64,000 bases of DNA from NCBI GenBank assembly GCA_040901985.1, contig JBBDYC010000019.1:79770-143769 (forward strand), given 5' to 3'. Below are positions 37,287-46,893 of this stretch, one piece after another (the first letter of the stretch is position 1; the number at the start of each line of letters is the position of its first letter). This stretch comes from Gemmatimonadaceae bacterium. Lineage in GTDB: Bacteria; Gemmatimonadota; Gemmatimonadetes; Gemmatimonadales; Gemmatimonadaceae. A model generated the notes under the pieces. The model had not been told where the DNA came from, did not search any database, and saw only the letters and a list, made by a program, of their open reading frames with translations. Both the position numbers and the translations under genes were made by a program.

Positions 37287-38008
37287 ACGCGGATCACGCG
37301 CGCGGTCACGATCTGGTCGAGCCGCGGGAACTCCGCCGCCAGGTACGCCTCGCCCTCGCGCGAGATCCGGCCCTGGTCGGGGCTGCTGCCCGGCGGCCCG
37401 CCATCGCCGTAGCCCGTATGGATCGCGTCCACCGCGTCCATGCCGCGGATCACCTCGCCGATCGGCGCAAAGCCCAGCGCGTCGAGCCGGGCGTTGTTCC
37501 GCAGGTTGATGAAGAGCTGCACCGTGCGCGTGGCCGGCCCGCCGCTGGCGAAGACCACCGTCCCGCGGCTGTTGCTCTCGGTCACCGGGTCGTCGTCAAT
37601 CCGGCGCTCGCTCCACTCGGCAGTCACCGCCGGGTCGGCCGCGATGCCGAACTGCACGACGAAGCCACGCAACGCGCGGAAAAAGCGCGCGCCGTCGTAC
37701 ACGCCCATCGAGACGGCCTCATAGAAGCGCGCGACGCCGAGCGGCGCCCAGTAACGCCGGACCATCAGGTCCACCTCCCCCTGCGTCGTCGTGAACCGCA
37801 CGACGAACGAATCGGGGACCACGCCGGGCTCGTAGACGATGCGCGGCGCGAGAATGGCCGTCTCCATCCCGCCCGACGCGCCGGCGCACGCACCGGCGCC
37901 GATCAAGAGCGCCGCGGCAAGTGCGGCGGCAAGCGTCGAGGCCCGAGTCGAGGCCCGCGTCGCGGCCCGTGTGGCCGAACGTCGGTCCGCACAAGTGCGG
38001 GCGATCAC
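37268..38008 (-). CDS. Cyclophilin-type peptidyl-prolyl isomerase
   Basis: WAPLGVARF, YDGARFFR, FVVQFG, SNSRGT, RTVQLFINL, FAPIGEV. Confidence 0.88.
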   Translation of the reverse strand: MIARTCADRRSATRAATRASTRASTLAAALAAALLIGAGACAGASGGMETAILAPRIVYEPGVVPDSFVVRFTTTQGEVDLMVRRYWAPLGVARFYEAVSMGVYDGARFFRALRGFVVQFGIAADPAVTAEWSERRIDDDPVTESNSRGTVVFASGGPATRTVQLFINLRNNARLDALGFAPIGEVIRGMDAVDAIHTGYGDGGPPGSSPDQGRISREGEAYLAAEFPRLDQIVTARVIRVWPSSR

Positions 38009-38580
38009 AGGAAGTCGTCCCGGCGACGCATCACGAGCGTCCGTTCCCGCTGCTGCGTGCCATTGCGATAGTGGAACGGGATGGTCAACTCGCGGAGCCC
38101 GCGCACCGTCCCGCTGAGCATCTTGAGTCCGCGCGTATCCGACGACGGGTCGGGGAAGAAGCGGATGCCGTCGAGCACGATCTCGAACGTGCCGGCGACG
38201 TTCATGGACTGCAGCGGCGTCGGCCGCGAGCGACCGTGCGTGTCGCCCGCAAAGAGCGTCCGCCGGTAGCGCACCGCCGCCCGGAAGCGGAAATCCGCCT
38301 GCAGCGAGAGCACCAGCCGGTCGAACTCGATCACATAGAGCGTGCCATCGTTGTCCACCACGCGGTCGGCGAGGGGGAGCGTGTCGCGGTCAATCAGCGT
38401 GGCGACGAAGGTGCCGACCGGGATCACCGGGGCCTCGCGCTGTCTCGGCTGGCCAGCCTCCGGCGGGCGTTCGCTCGTGGGAAGGCGTTCGGGCGTCGCG
38501 GGCCGTTCCTGCGCGCCGGCGGACACGCCAAGCGCCGCGAGGACGATCAGTGACCACGTGACGGGGGTGCGGAAGCTCAT
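38005..38580 (-). CDS. Secreted hypothetical protein
   Basis: Signal peptide ending AGA-Q; stop overlaps the cyclophilin start. Confidence 0.65.
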   Translation of the reverse strand: MSFRTPVTWSLIVLAALGVSAGAQERPATPERLPTSERPPEAGQPRQREAPVIPVGTFVATLIDRDTLPLADRVVDNDGTLYVIEFDRLVLSLQADFRFRAAVRYRRTLFAGDTHGRSRPTPLQSMNVAGTFEIVLDGIRFFPDPSSDTRGLKMLSGTVRGLRELTIPFHYRNGTQQRERTLVMRRRDDFL

Positions 38581-38695
38581 TGTCGGAAACTACCCCGCAC
38601 CTCGCGCGCGGGCCACGGGTGCCGCCGGCGATGGACGGATGCGGCTCGGGAGAGACGGGTGCCGCCGCACCCCCCGCTCGCCGCCATCGTCTCCC

Positions 38696-40219
38696 GTGCT
38701 CGCCGCCATCCGCTCCGCCGCCGTCCTCGGGATCGAGGCCTTCACGGTCACGGTCGAGGTGGATGCCGCCCCGGGACTCCCCGGCTGGACGATGGTCGGA
38801 CTCCCGTCCGGCAGCGTCAAGGAAGCGCGCGAACGCGTCGGGGCGGCGTTGGTGAACGCGGGGTTCGTCCTCCCGCCGCGCCGCTGGACGATCAACCTCT
38901 CCCCCGCCGACGTCCGCAAGGATGGCACGGCCTTCGACCTCCCGGTGGCGCTCGGCGTGCTGGTGGCGAGCGGCCAGCTCGACGCGGCCGCCGTGGACGG
39001 CCTGCTCTGCGCCGGTGAGCTCGGCCTCGACGGGACGATCCGTCCGATCCGCGGCGCGCTGCCCTTGGCCCGCGCGGCGCGTGAGAGCGGGGCGCGTGCG
39101 CTGGTGCTTCCCGCCGCCAACGCCGCCGAGGCCGGGCTGCTTCGCGAGGTGCGCCTCGCGCCCTGCGACACCCTCGGGGCACTGGTGACGCTGCTCCGTG
39201 CCGGCGCACTCCCCGCCGCGCCTCCGCCCACCCAGCCCGCCGTTGCGGCGCCCGAGGCCTGCTTCAGCGAGGTCGTCGGCCAGCCGATTGCCAAGCGCGC
39301 GCTGGAGATCGCGGCCGCGGGTGGCCACAACCTGTACCTCGTCGGCCCGCCCGGGGCGGGGAAGACGATGCTCGCCCGGCGCCTCCCCTCGATCCTCCCG
39401 CCGCTCGACGACGATGCGCTCCTCGACGTCGTGGCGATCCACTCGGTGGGCGGCATCCTGCCTGCCGGCCGTGCGCCGAGCCGGACGCCGCCATTTCGCG
39501 CCCCGCATCACACGATCAGTCTCCCCGGTCTCATCGGCGGCGGCCCCGGTCCACGCCCGGGCGAGGTCTCGCTGGCGCACCGCGGCGTCCTTTTCCTCGA
39601 CGAACTGCTCGAGCTGCCGCGCTACATCCTCGATGCGATGCGCCAGCCACTGGAGGATGGGCGCGTGGTGATCGCCCGTGCGTCGCAGTCGGTGGCGTTT
39701 CCAGCGCGCGTGTTGCTCGTCGGCGCCGCGAATCCCTGTCCCTGCGGGCACGACGGCGAGCCCACCGGCCGTTGCCGCTGCTCCGCCGCCGACATCGCCC
39801 GCTACCGCGCGCGGCTCTCCGGCCCGCTCGCCGATCGCATTGACCTCCACGTGCGCGTCGGCGCCGTTGCCCTCGCCGCGCTCGGCGAGATGGCGCGTGA
39901 GGAGACGAGCGCCGCCATCCGCGTCCGCGTCGGCGCCGCGCGCGAGCGACAGCGGGTGCGCTACCGGGTCCTCCCCGGCATTCACCTCAACGCCGAGGCG
40001 CCCGGGCGATGGCTGCAGGCGCACGGCGGCCTCACCACGCCGGCACGTGAGCTCCTCGGGACCGCCGCCGAGCGGCTCCGGCTCTCGGCGCGCGCCTTTC
40101 ACCGCGCGTTGCGCGTGGCCCGCACCGTCGCCGACCTCGAACGCCACGACCTGATCGAACCGCCGGCGATAGCCGAGGCGCTGATGTTCCGGCCGGCGGA
40201 GTCGCCCCTGGAGGGGTGA
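38696..40219 (+). CDS. comM: YifB/ComM Mg-chelatase-like AAA ATPase
   Basis: VGLP..VKEARERV, NLSPADVRKDG..FDLP, GPPGAGKTMLA, FRAPHH, GEVSLAHRGVLFLDE, NPCPCG, SGPLADRID. Confidence 0.92.
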   Translation: MLAAIRSAAVLGIEAFTVTVEVDAAPGLPGWTMVGLPSGSVKEARERVGAALVNAGFVLPPRRWTINLSPADVRKDGTAFDLPVALGVLVASGQLDAAAVDGLLCAGELGLDGTIRPIRGALPLARAARESGARALVLPAANAAEAGLLREVRLAPCDTLGALVTLLRAGALPAAPPPTQPAVAAPEACFSEVVGQPIAKRALEIAAAGGHNLYLVGPPGAGKTMLARRLPSILPPLDDDALLDVVAIHSVGGILPAGRAPSRTPPFRAPHHTISLPGLIGGGPGPRPGEVSLAHRGVLFLDELLELPRYILDAMRQPLEDGRVVIARASQSVAFPARVLLVGAANPCPCGHDGEPTGRCRCSAADIARYRARLSGPLADRIDLHVRVGAVALAALGEMAREETSAAIRVRVGAARERQRVRYRVLPGIHLNAEAPGRWLQAHGGLTTPARELLGTAAERLRLSARAFHRALRVARTVADLERHDLIEPPAIAEALMFRPAESPLEG

Positions 40220-40262
40220 GCCCCTAACTTCCGCCCCATCTCCACCAACGCGAGGTGTGTGG

Positions 40263-41960
40263 ATGCGGCGGTCCCTCTGGATGTTGCTCGTGTCGGTGAT
40301 CGTGGTTCGCCCTGCCGGCGCGCAGGCCGCGCCGGCCGACTACGACCTGCTCATCACCGGCGGGCGGGTGGTGGATGGCACCGGCGCCGCCTGGTTCTAC
40401 GGTGACGTGGCCGTGCGCGACGGCCGGATCGCCGCGGTGGCCGCGCGCGGTGCGCTCGGCGCGCGCACGGCGCGCGACACGATGGACGCGCGAGGGCTCG
40501 TTGTCGCGCCGGGCTTCATTGATATCCAGGGCCACAGCGGATGGTACTTCCTCCACGGCGACGCGCGTGTGATTGCCAAGGTCTCGCAGGGCGTGACCTC
40601 CGAGATCCTCGGCGAAGGGAACACGCCGGCACCGCTCCACCCCCAGCGGTCGCTCGCCACGACGGCCGACTCGCTCACCCGCAGCTTTGCCGAGCCGCGT
40701 GGCTTTGCCGCCTGGCTGAACGCGATGGAAGCGCGTGGCGTCTCGGTGAACGTCGGGTCGTTCGTCGGCGGGAGCACCATCCGGCAGTACGGGATGGGGC
40801 TCCGCGCCGGTCGCGCCGACTCCGCGGCGATGGAGGAGATGCGCGGCGCGCTCCAGCGCGCGCTCGAGGACGGCGCCTTCGGCCTCGCCACGGCGCTCAT
40901 CTATCCGCCCGGCATCTTTGCCGACACCGATGAACTGATTGCCCTCGCGCGGGCGATGGCGCCGTACGGGGGGCTCTACATCTCGCACATCCGGTCCGAA
41001 GGCGACCAACTGCTGGACGCGGTGGACGAGGCGATCCGGATCGGCCGCGAGGGCGGCGTGGCGGTCGAGATCTACCACCTCAAGGCCGGCGGGCCGCGCA
41101 ACTGGGACAAGGGGCCGCAGTCCATCGCGCGCATTGACGCCGCGCGCGCCGAGGGGCTCGACGTGCAGGCGAATATGTATCCGTACCCGGCTGGCGGCAC
41201 GGGCCTCACCTCTTGCCTCCCGCCCGCCGCGCAGGAGGACGGCCGCCTCTTCGAGCGCCTCGACAGCCCGGCCGGGCGTGCGAGCATCCGCGCCGAGATC
41301 GAGCGCCCGACGACCGCGTGGGAAAACCTCTGCGACCTCGCCGGCCCCGAGGGCGTCCTCATCGCCCGGCTCGGCAGCGACTCGCTGCAGCGCTACTCCG
41401 GCCTGCGGCTCTCCGCGATAGCGGCGGCGCGCGGGACCGACTGGATCGAGACCGCGATGACCCTGATCCGCGCCGAGCGGAACCGCGTGGAGACGCTCTA
41501 CTTCCTGATGAGCGAGGAGAACGTCGCGCTCAACCTGCGTCAGCCGTGGATGAAGATCGGGACCGACGCTGGTGGGCCGAATCCCGCCGCGGCGCAGGGG
41601 CTTGTGCATCCTCGCGCCTACGGCACGTTTCCGCGGATCCTCGGCCGGTACGTGCGCGACGAACAGGTCGTCACGCTCGAGGACGCGGTGCGCAAGATGA
41701 CCTCCGCCACCGCGCGCCGACTCGGCATCACCGACCGCGGGACGCTCGCGGTCGGGATGCACGCCGACATCGTGGTCTTCGATCCGGCGCGGATTGCCGA
41801 TCGCGCCACCTTCGAGCAGCCGCATCAGGTGTCGGTCGGCGTCATTGCCACATATGTGAACGGCGTCGCCGTCTGGAAGGACGGACAGCATACCGGCGCC
41901 AAGCCGGGCCGTGCGCTGCGGGGACCGGCGGCGCGGAACGAAATTCCCGCTCGGCCGTAG
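40263..41960 (+). CDS. N-acyl-D-amino-acid deacylase (amidohydrolase)
   Basis: GGRVVDGTG, APGFIDIQGHS, YISHIRSE, YPYPAG, HPRAYGTFPR, ADIVVFDP. Confidence 0.9.
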   Translation: MRRSLWMLLVSVIVVRPAGAQAAPADYDLLITGGRVVDGTGAAWFYGDVAVRDGRIAAVAARGALGARTARDTMDARGLVVAPGFIDIQGHSGWYFLHGDARVIAKVSQGVTSEILGEGNTPAPLHPQRSLATTADSLTRSFAEPRGFAAWLNAMEARGVSVNVGSFVGGSTIRQYGMGLRAGRADSAAMEEMRGALQRALEDGAFGLATALIYPPGIFADTDELIALARAMAPYGGLYISHIRSEGDQLLDAVDEAIRIGREGGVAVEIYHLKAGGPRNWDKGPQSIARIDAARAEGLDVQANMYPYPAGGTGLTSCLPPAAQEDGRLFERLDSPAGRASIRAEIERPTTAWENLCDLAGPEGVLIARLGSDSLQRYSGLRLSAIAAARGTDWIETAMTLIRAERNRVETLYFLMSEENVALNLRQPWMKIGTDAGGPNPAAAQGLVHPRAYGTFPRILGRYVRDEQVVTLEDAVRKMTSATARRLGITDRGTLAVGMHADIVVFDPARIADRATFEQPHQVSVGVIATYVNGVAVWKDGQHTGAKPGRALRGPAARNEIPARP

Positions 41961-41985
41961 GGACGAGGACTAGCTTTCCGACGCG

Positions 41986-42849
41986 ATGACACTTCCCGCC
42001 ACCAGCGACCCCGTGGTCCCCGACGACCTGCGCGCGAAGGAGCGCCGGCTCGCCGAGTGGTGCCGCGCCCACGGGTCGGTCCTGGTCGGCTTCTCGGGAG
42101 GCGTGGACTCGGCGTACCTCGCCTGCGTCGCCCGCGACGCGCTCGGCGCCGGTCGAGTGCTCGCCGTGATCGGTCGCAGCGCATCGTATCCGGCGGTGCA
42201 GTGGAAGCGCGCGCGCGAGGTCGCCGACGCCTTTGCGATTCCCGTGCTCGAGGTGGATACCGACGAGCTCGCCGACCCGCGCTACGCCGCCAACCCCACC
42301 GACCGCTGCTACTTCTGCAAGTCGGAGCTCTGGTCGCGGCTCGCGCCCGTCGCCGCCGAGCGCGGCCTCGCGGTGATCGCGGATGGCACCAACGCCGACG
42401 ATCGCACCGAGCATCGGCCGGGGGTGCGGGCGGCACGCGAGCGCGGGGTGGCGTCGCCGCTCGCCGAGCTCGGCTTCACCAAGGCGGAGATCCGTGTACT
42501 CTCCCGGGCACGGGGCATTTCCACCTGGGACCAGCCGTCGTCGCCCTGTCTCTCGTCACGCCTGCCGTATGGCACCGCCGTGACGCCGGAGCGCTTGCGC
42601 GCGGTCGAGCGGGCCGAGGCGGCGCTCCGCGAGCTGGGCATCACGGGGAACCTCCGCGTGCGCCACTTCGGCGAACGTGCGCGCGTCGAACTCGACCGGG
42701 AGCTGGTCGCCCACTGGAGCGACGGTGCCGCGCGCGCCGCGCTCGACGCGGCGGTCTCCGCGGCCGGCTTTGCCGTCGTCGAGCTCGATCCGCGCGGGTT
42801 CCGCTCGGGCGCGCTCAATGTCCTGGCCGGCGTGCCGGGCGTGGGATGA
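41986..42849 (+). CDS. larE: LarE-family ATP-dependent sulfur transferase (PP-loop)
   Basis: SGGVDS, RCYFCK, DGTNADD..HRPG, SPCLSSR.PYG, RVRH, GFRSG. Confidence 0.9.
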   Translation: MTLPATSDPVVPDDLRAKERRLAEWCRAHGSVLVGFSGGVDSAYLACVARDALGAGRVLAVIGRSASYPAVQWKRAREVADAFAIPVLEVDTDELADPRYAANPTDRCYFCKSELWSRLAPVAAERGLAVIADGTNADDRTEHRPGVRAARERGVASPLAELGFTKAEIRVLSRARGISTWDQPSSPCLSSRLPYGTAVTPERLRAVERAEAALRELGITGNLRVRHFGERARVELDRELVAHWSDGAARAALDAAVSAAGFAVVELDPRGFRSGALNVLAGVPGVG

Positions 42850-43502
42850 CGACGTGCCTCGGTCGGATCGGCTGCGGCGCGCTGCTCGTCGTCTTCGGCG
42901 CGGTCAGCTGGCACTATCGCGACGCCTGGCTCCCGCGCCTCCGATCCGTCGTCCAGGCCGAGATGCCGTGGCAGCACGACGATTGGACGGTGGTCACCGC
43001 CGAGGGCGCCGGGCGCGCGGCCGCGCGGATCGACCGCCTGCGGGGCCGCACGGGCCCGTCGTACGTGAACATTGACGGCGCGGACTTCGTGGCGTACGCG
43101 CTCCGCGACGCGCTCGCCGGGATCCACCAGGTGGACTCGGTTCCCGAGGCGTTGATTGACGACGGTCAGGTCTATCTGCGGATGCGCGTCCGGCTCGCCG
43201 ACCTCGGCGGGAGCGAGGCCCTCGGCGCGATGGCCGGGAAATTCTCGGAGCCTGAGTTGGTGACGATAGCGGGCCGCCTCGAGTCCGTGCGGCCGGGACT
43301 CGTGCAGTATCGCCCCACCGACGTGGCGGTCCGGGACCTGAAGATCCCGCCCGGTGCACTGGCCCGACTACTCGGTCGCTGGGGGCCGAGCGCCCGTCCC
43401 GAAGGCGTCGGCGCCGACGCGCTCCCGATCGTCCTGCCCGAGTTTGTCGCCGACCTCCGGGTCGGGGGCGGCCGCGTCACCCTGTACAAGCAGGGCCCGT
43501 GA
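42846..43502 (+). CDS. Hypothetical membrane-anchored protein
   Basis: ATGA overlap with larE; N-terminal TM; stop overlaps the next GTG. Confidence 0.7.
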   Translation: MTTCLGRIGCGALLVVFGAVSWHYRDAWLPRLRSVVQAEMPWQHDDWTVVTAEGAGRAAARIDRLRGRTGPSYVNIDGADFVAYALRDALAGIHQVDSVPEALIDDGQVYLRMRVRLADLGGSEALGAMAGKFSEPELVTIAGRLESVRPGLVQYRPTDVAVRDLKIPPGALARLLGRWGPSARPEGVGADALPIVLPEFVADLRVGGGRVTLYKQGP

Positions 43503-44866
43503 GCCGCCGCGTCCTGATCGTTGACGACGAGGCGGGGGTCCGCGCCGCGCTCGTCCAGCTCCTCGAGTACGAGGGGTACGACGTGAAGGCGGTGGCGAGC
43601 GGCCGCGAGGCGATCACGCTCTACGAGAGCTGGCGACCGCAGCTCGTTTTTCTCGACGTCAAGATGGAGGGGATTGACGGCCTCGAGACGCTGAAGCGGA
43701 TCCGCGCGCTCGACCCCGCGGCGACGGTCGTGATGATCTCCGGCCACGCGACGATCCAGGACGCCGTCGCGGCTACGCACAGCGGCGCCTACGACATCCT
43801 CGAGAAGCCACTCGATACCGATCGCATCCTCGTCACCATCCGCAACGCGATCGGTCACCTCGACCTGCGCGCGGAGAACGAGCGGCTGCGGCAGCACATC
43901 GAGGCGCACGGCGAGATTGTCGGCGACTCGGCGCCGGTGCGCGCGTTGCTCGACCAGGTCCGGCGCGTGGCCGCCACCCCGGCGCGCGTCCTGATCACCG
44001 GCGAGAACGGCACGGGGAAGGAGCTCGTCGCGCGGGCGCTCCACGCGCAGTCCACGCGCGCCAAGGGACCGTTCATCGAGGTGAACTGCGCCGCGATCCC
44101 GTCGGAACTCATCGAGAGCGAGCTCTTCGGCCATATGAAGGGGTCGTTCACCGGCGCCGTCCACGACCACGCCGGCAAGTTCGAGCAGGCGCACGGCGGG
44201 ACGCTCTTCCTCGACGAGATCGGCGATATGTCGCTCGCCGCGCAGGCCAAGGTGCTCCGGGTCCTGCAGGACGGCGAGGTCACGCGGATTGGCGGCGCAA
44301 AGGTCCACAAGGTGGACGTGCGCGTCATTGCCGCGACCAACAAGCGGCTCGAGGACGAGATCGGCGCCGGCCGCTTCCGCGAGGACCTGTATTATCGAGT
44401 CAACGTCGTGCCGATCGCCGTGCCGCCGCTGCGTGAGCGGCGTGGAGATGTGCCGATGCTCGTCCAGCACTTCCTTGATCGCGTCAGCCGCGACAGCGGA
44501 CTCCCCGCCAAGCCGGTCGAGACGACGGCGATGGACCGGCTGCGCGAGCTCGACTGGCCCGGCAACATCCGGGAGCTGCGCAACACGGTCGAACGCCTGC
44601 TGATCCTCGCGGCGGGGCCGCGGATCGTCCTCGCCGACGTCGAGCGGCTCGTCGGCGTCCGCGCCGGCGACGGCGACGTCGCCATCGGGTCGCTCGAGGA
44701 ATTCGCCACCTTCGAGGAGTTCAAGCTCGCCTCCGAACGCGCGTTCCTCCTCGCCAAGCTGCGCCAATTCGACTGGAACGTGGCCGAGACGGCGCGGGTG
44801 ATCGGGATGCCGCGGTCGAACCTCTACAAGAAGATCGAGCGCCACGGGCTGGCGCGGGAGCAATGA
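43499..44866 (+). CDS. Sigma-54-dependent response regulator (NtrC/NtrX family)
   Basis: REC (LDVKM), [36 protein letters not shown], Fis-type HTH. Confidence 0.93.
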   Translation: MSRRVLIVDDEAGVRAALVQLLEYEGYDVKAVASGREAITLYESWRPQLVFLDVKMEGIDGLETLKRIRALDPAATVVMISGHATIQDAVAATHSGAYDILEKPLDTDRILVTIRNAIGHLDLRAENERLRQHIEAHGEIVGDSAPVRALLDQVRRVAATPARVLITGENGTGKELVARALHAQSTRAKGPFIEVNCAAIPSELIESELFGHMKGSFTGAVHDHAGKFEQAHGGTLFLDEIGDMSLAAQAKVLRVLQDGEVTRIGGAKVHKVDVRVIAATNKRLEDEIGAGRFREDLYYRVNVVPIAVPPLRERRGDVPMLVQHFLDRVSRDSGLPAKPVETTAMDRLRELDWPGNIRELRNTVERLLILAAGPRIVLADVERLVGVRAGDGDVAIGSLEEFATFEEFKLASERAFLLAKLRQFDWNVAETARVIGMPRSNLYKKIERHGLAREQ

Positions 44867-45324
44867 TGTCCGAGCGAGACTGGGACCGGGAACTGCGGAA
44901 GATTGACGAGCAGATGGAGCGCGCGGCGCGGGAGCCCGCGCCGACCGCCGGCGCCCCGCCGGCCGTCCCGCGCGCGTCGGCGCCGGTGGGCGCTGCCGGC
45001 GCGGCCGGCGCCCCGCCGTCCAGCAGCTTTGGCGTCTTCGTGCGCCTCGCGCTCGCGACGGCACTCGGGGTCGGGATCATCTTCTGGCCCTACGGCGCGC
45101 GCTGCGGCTTCGGCCTCGCGGCGTACCTCGCGGCGGTCCTCACGGTGATCGTCAGTGGCGCGTGGTCGGCGCTCTGGACCTGGCGGTACCGCTGGGGCCG
45201 CGCCCATCTCCTCGGACTCCTGCTCGTTGTCTGGGGGTCGCTCCTCGCAGCGGTGGACGTCCTCCCGCGCGTAGGCTACGCCATTCCGACGGTCGAGCAC
45301 CCGGCGTCTTGGAGCTGCCGCTGA
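44863..45324 (+). CDS. Hypothetical membrane protein
   Basis: About three hydrophobic helices; ATGA overlap with the upstream gene. Confidence 0.7.
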   Translation: MMSERDWDRELRKIDEQMERAAREPAPTAGAPPAVPRASAPVGAAGAAGAPPSSSFGVFVRLALATALGVGIIFWPYGARCGFGLAAYLAAVLTVIVSGAWSALWTWRYRWGRAHLLGLLLVVWGSLLAAVDVLPRVGYAIPTVEHPASWSCR

Positions 45325-45341
45325 CGGGTTAGATTCCCGGG

Positions 45342-46823
45342 ATGCGGACCTTCCAGAACTTCATTGACGGCGAGTGGGTCGCGCCGGGCACCGGGGCGTA
45401 CTTCGACAACACCAACCCGGCCGACACGACGGACCTGGTCGGCCGGTTTCCGAAGAGCGGCGCCGACGACGTCGCCCGCGCCGTGGCCTCGGCTAAGCGG
45501 GGCTTCGAGCGCTGGCGGCGCACGCCGGCACCGGCGCGCGGAGACGTCCTCCGCCGCGTCGGCGAGATCCTGACCGCACGCAAGGAGGAACTCGCCGACC
45601 TGATGACGCGCGAGATGGGCAAGCCCCTCGCCGAGACCCGCGGCGACGTGCAGGAGGGAATCGACACCGCCTTCTACGCCGCCACCGAGGGGCGCCGCCT
45701 CTTCGGCCACACGGTCCCCAGTGAGCTGCGCGACAAGTGGGCGATGAGCTTCCGGCGGCCGATCGGCGTCGCCGGGATCATCACGCCGTTCAACTTCCCG
45801 CTCGCCATCCCCACCTGGAAGATCTTTCCGGCGCTCCTCTGCGGAAACGCGGTGATCTTCAAGCCGGCCGAGGACGTGCCGCACACCGGCCACGTCTTCG
45901 TCGAGATCCTCCTCGAGGCGGGACTCCCACCCGAGGTCGTCCAGCTCGTCCACGGCGACGGCGAGGTCGGCGCGGCAATCGTCAGCCACCCGGCGATCGG
46001 GCTCATCTCGTTCACGGGATCCACCGAGACCGGGAGCAAGGTCGGCGAGACCTGTGGCCGGATGCACAAACGCCTCTCGCTCGAGATGGGCGGGAAGAAC
46101 GCCCAGATCGTACTCGACGACGCCAAGCTCGACCTTGCCCTCGACGGGGTGCTCTGGGGCGCCTTCGGCACCACGGGCCAGCGCTGCACGGCGACGAGTC
46201 GGTTGATCCTGCAGGACGGAATCCACGACGCCTTCGTCGCCCAGCTCATCGCGCGCGCCAAGGCACTCCAGCTCGGCGATGGCCGCAAGGCGGGGACCGA
46301 CGTCGGGCCGGTGATCCACGCCGACAGCATCACCAAGATCGAGCGCTACGTCGAGATCGGACTCTCCGAGAAGGCCGAACTCGCCCTCGGCGGCCGGCGT
46401 GCGACCGGCGGCGGCCTCGAGCGCGGCTTCTTCTTCGAGCCGACGATCTTCACCGGCGTCAAGGCCGGGAGCCGGATTGAGCAGGAGGAGATCTTCGGCC
46501 CCGTACTCTCCGTGATCCGCGTGCAGGACGCCGACGAGGCATTCCGCGTGAACAACGGCGTGAAGTATGGGCTCTCGTCCTCGCTCTACACGCAAGACGT
46601 GAACCTCGCCTTTCGTGCGTTGAACGAGCTCGACAACGGGATCACCTACGTCAATGCGCCGACCATCGGCGCCGAGGCGCACCTTCCGTTCGGCGGCGTG
46701 AAGCAGACCGGCAACGGCCACCGCGAGGGTGGGTGGGAGGTCTTCGAGTTCTATTCGGAGACCAAGGTGGGGTATGTGGATTACAGCGGCACGCTCCAGC
46801 GCGCGCAGATTGACAACTATTAG
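45342..46823 (+). CDS. NAD(P)-dependent aldehyde dehydrogenase
   Basis: ITPFNFP, KPAE, FTGSTE, LEMGGKN, GQRCTA, EEIFGP, PFGGVK. Confidence 0.95.
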   Translation: MRTFQNFIDGEWVAPGTGAYFDNTNPADTTDLVGRFPKSGADDVARAVASAKRGFERWRRTPAPARGDVLRRVGEILTARKEELADLMTREMGKPLAETRGDVQEGIDTAFYAATEGRRLFGHTVPSELRDKWAMSFRRPIGVAGIITPFNFPLAIPTWKIFPALLCGNAVIFKPAEDVPHTGHVFVEILLEAGLPPEVVQLVHGDGEVGAAIVSHPAIGLISFTGSTETGSKVGETCGRMHKRLSLEMGGKNAQIVLDDAKLDLALDGVLWGAFGTTGQRCTATSRLILQDGIHDAFVAQLIARAKALQLGDGRKAGTDVGPVIHADSITKIERYVEIGLSEKAELALGGRRATGGGLERGFFFEPTIFTGVKAGSRIEQEEIFGPVLSVIRVQDADEAFRVNNGVKYGLSSSLYTQDVNLAFRALNELDNGITYVNAPTIGAEAHLPFGGVKQTGNGHREGGWEVFEFYSETKVGYVDYSGTLQRAQIDNY

Positions 46824-46893
46824 TAGGTGACGGTCGGGCCTTGCCCGTGCCGTCAATCCCGGTGTATCTCCCAGCAGACCGGAGTCGAGACCC

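Noticed and set aside
37920..37980. 12-bp repeats at the cyclophilin 5' end (ATRA/STRA) and RDTT repeats in the amidase (about 235-280)
   Set aside because: Short in-frame low-complexity linkers with no evidence of a separate function
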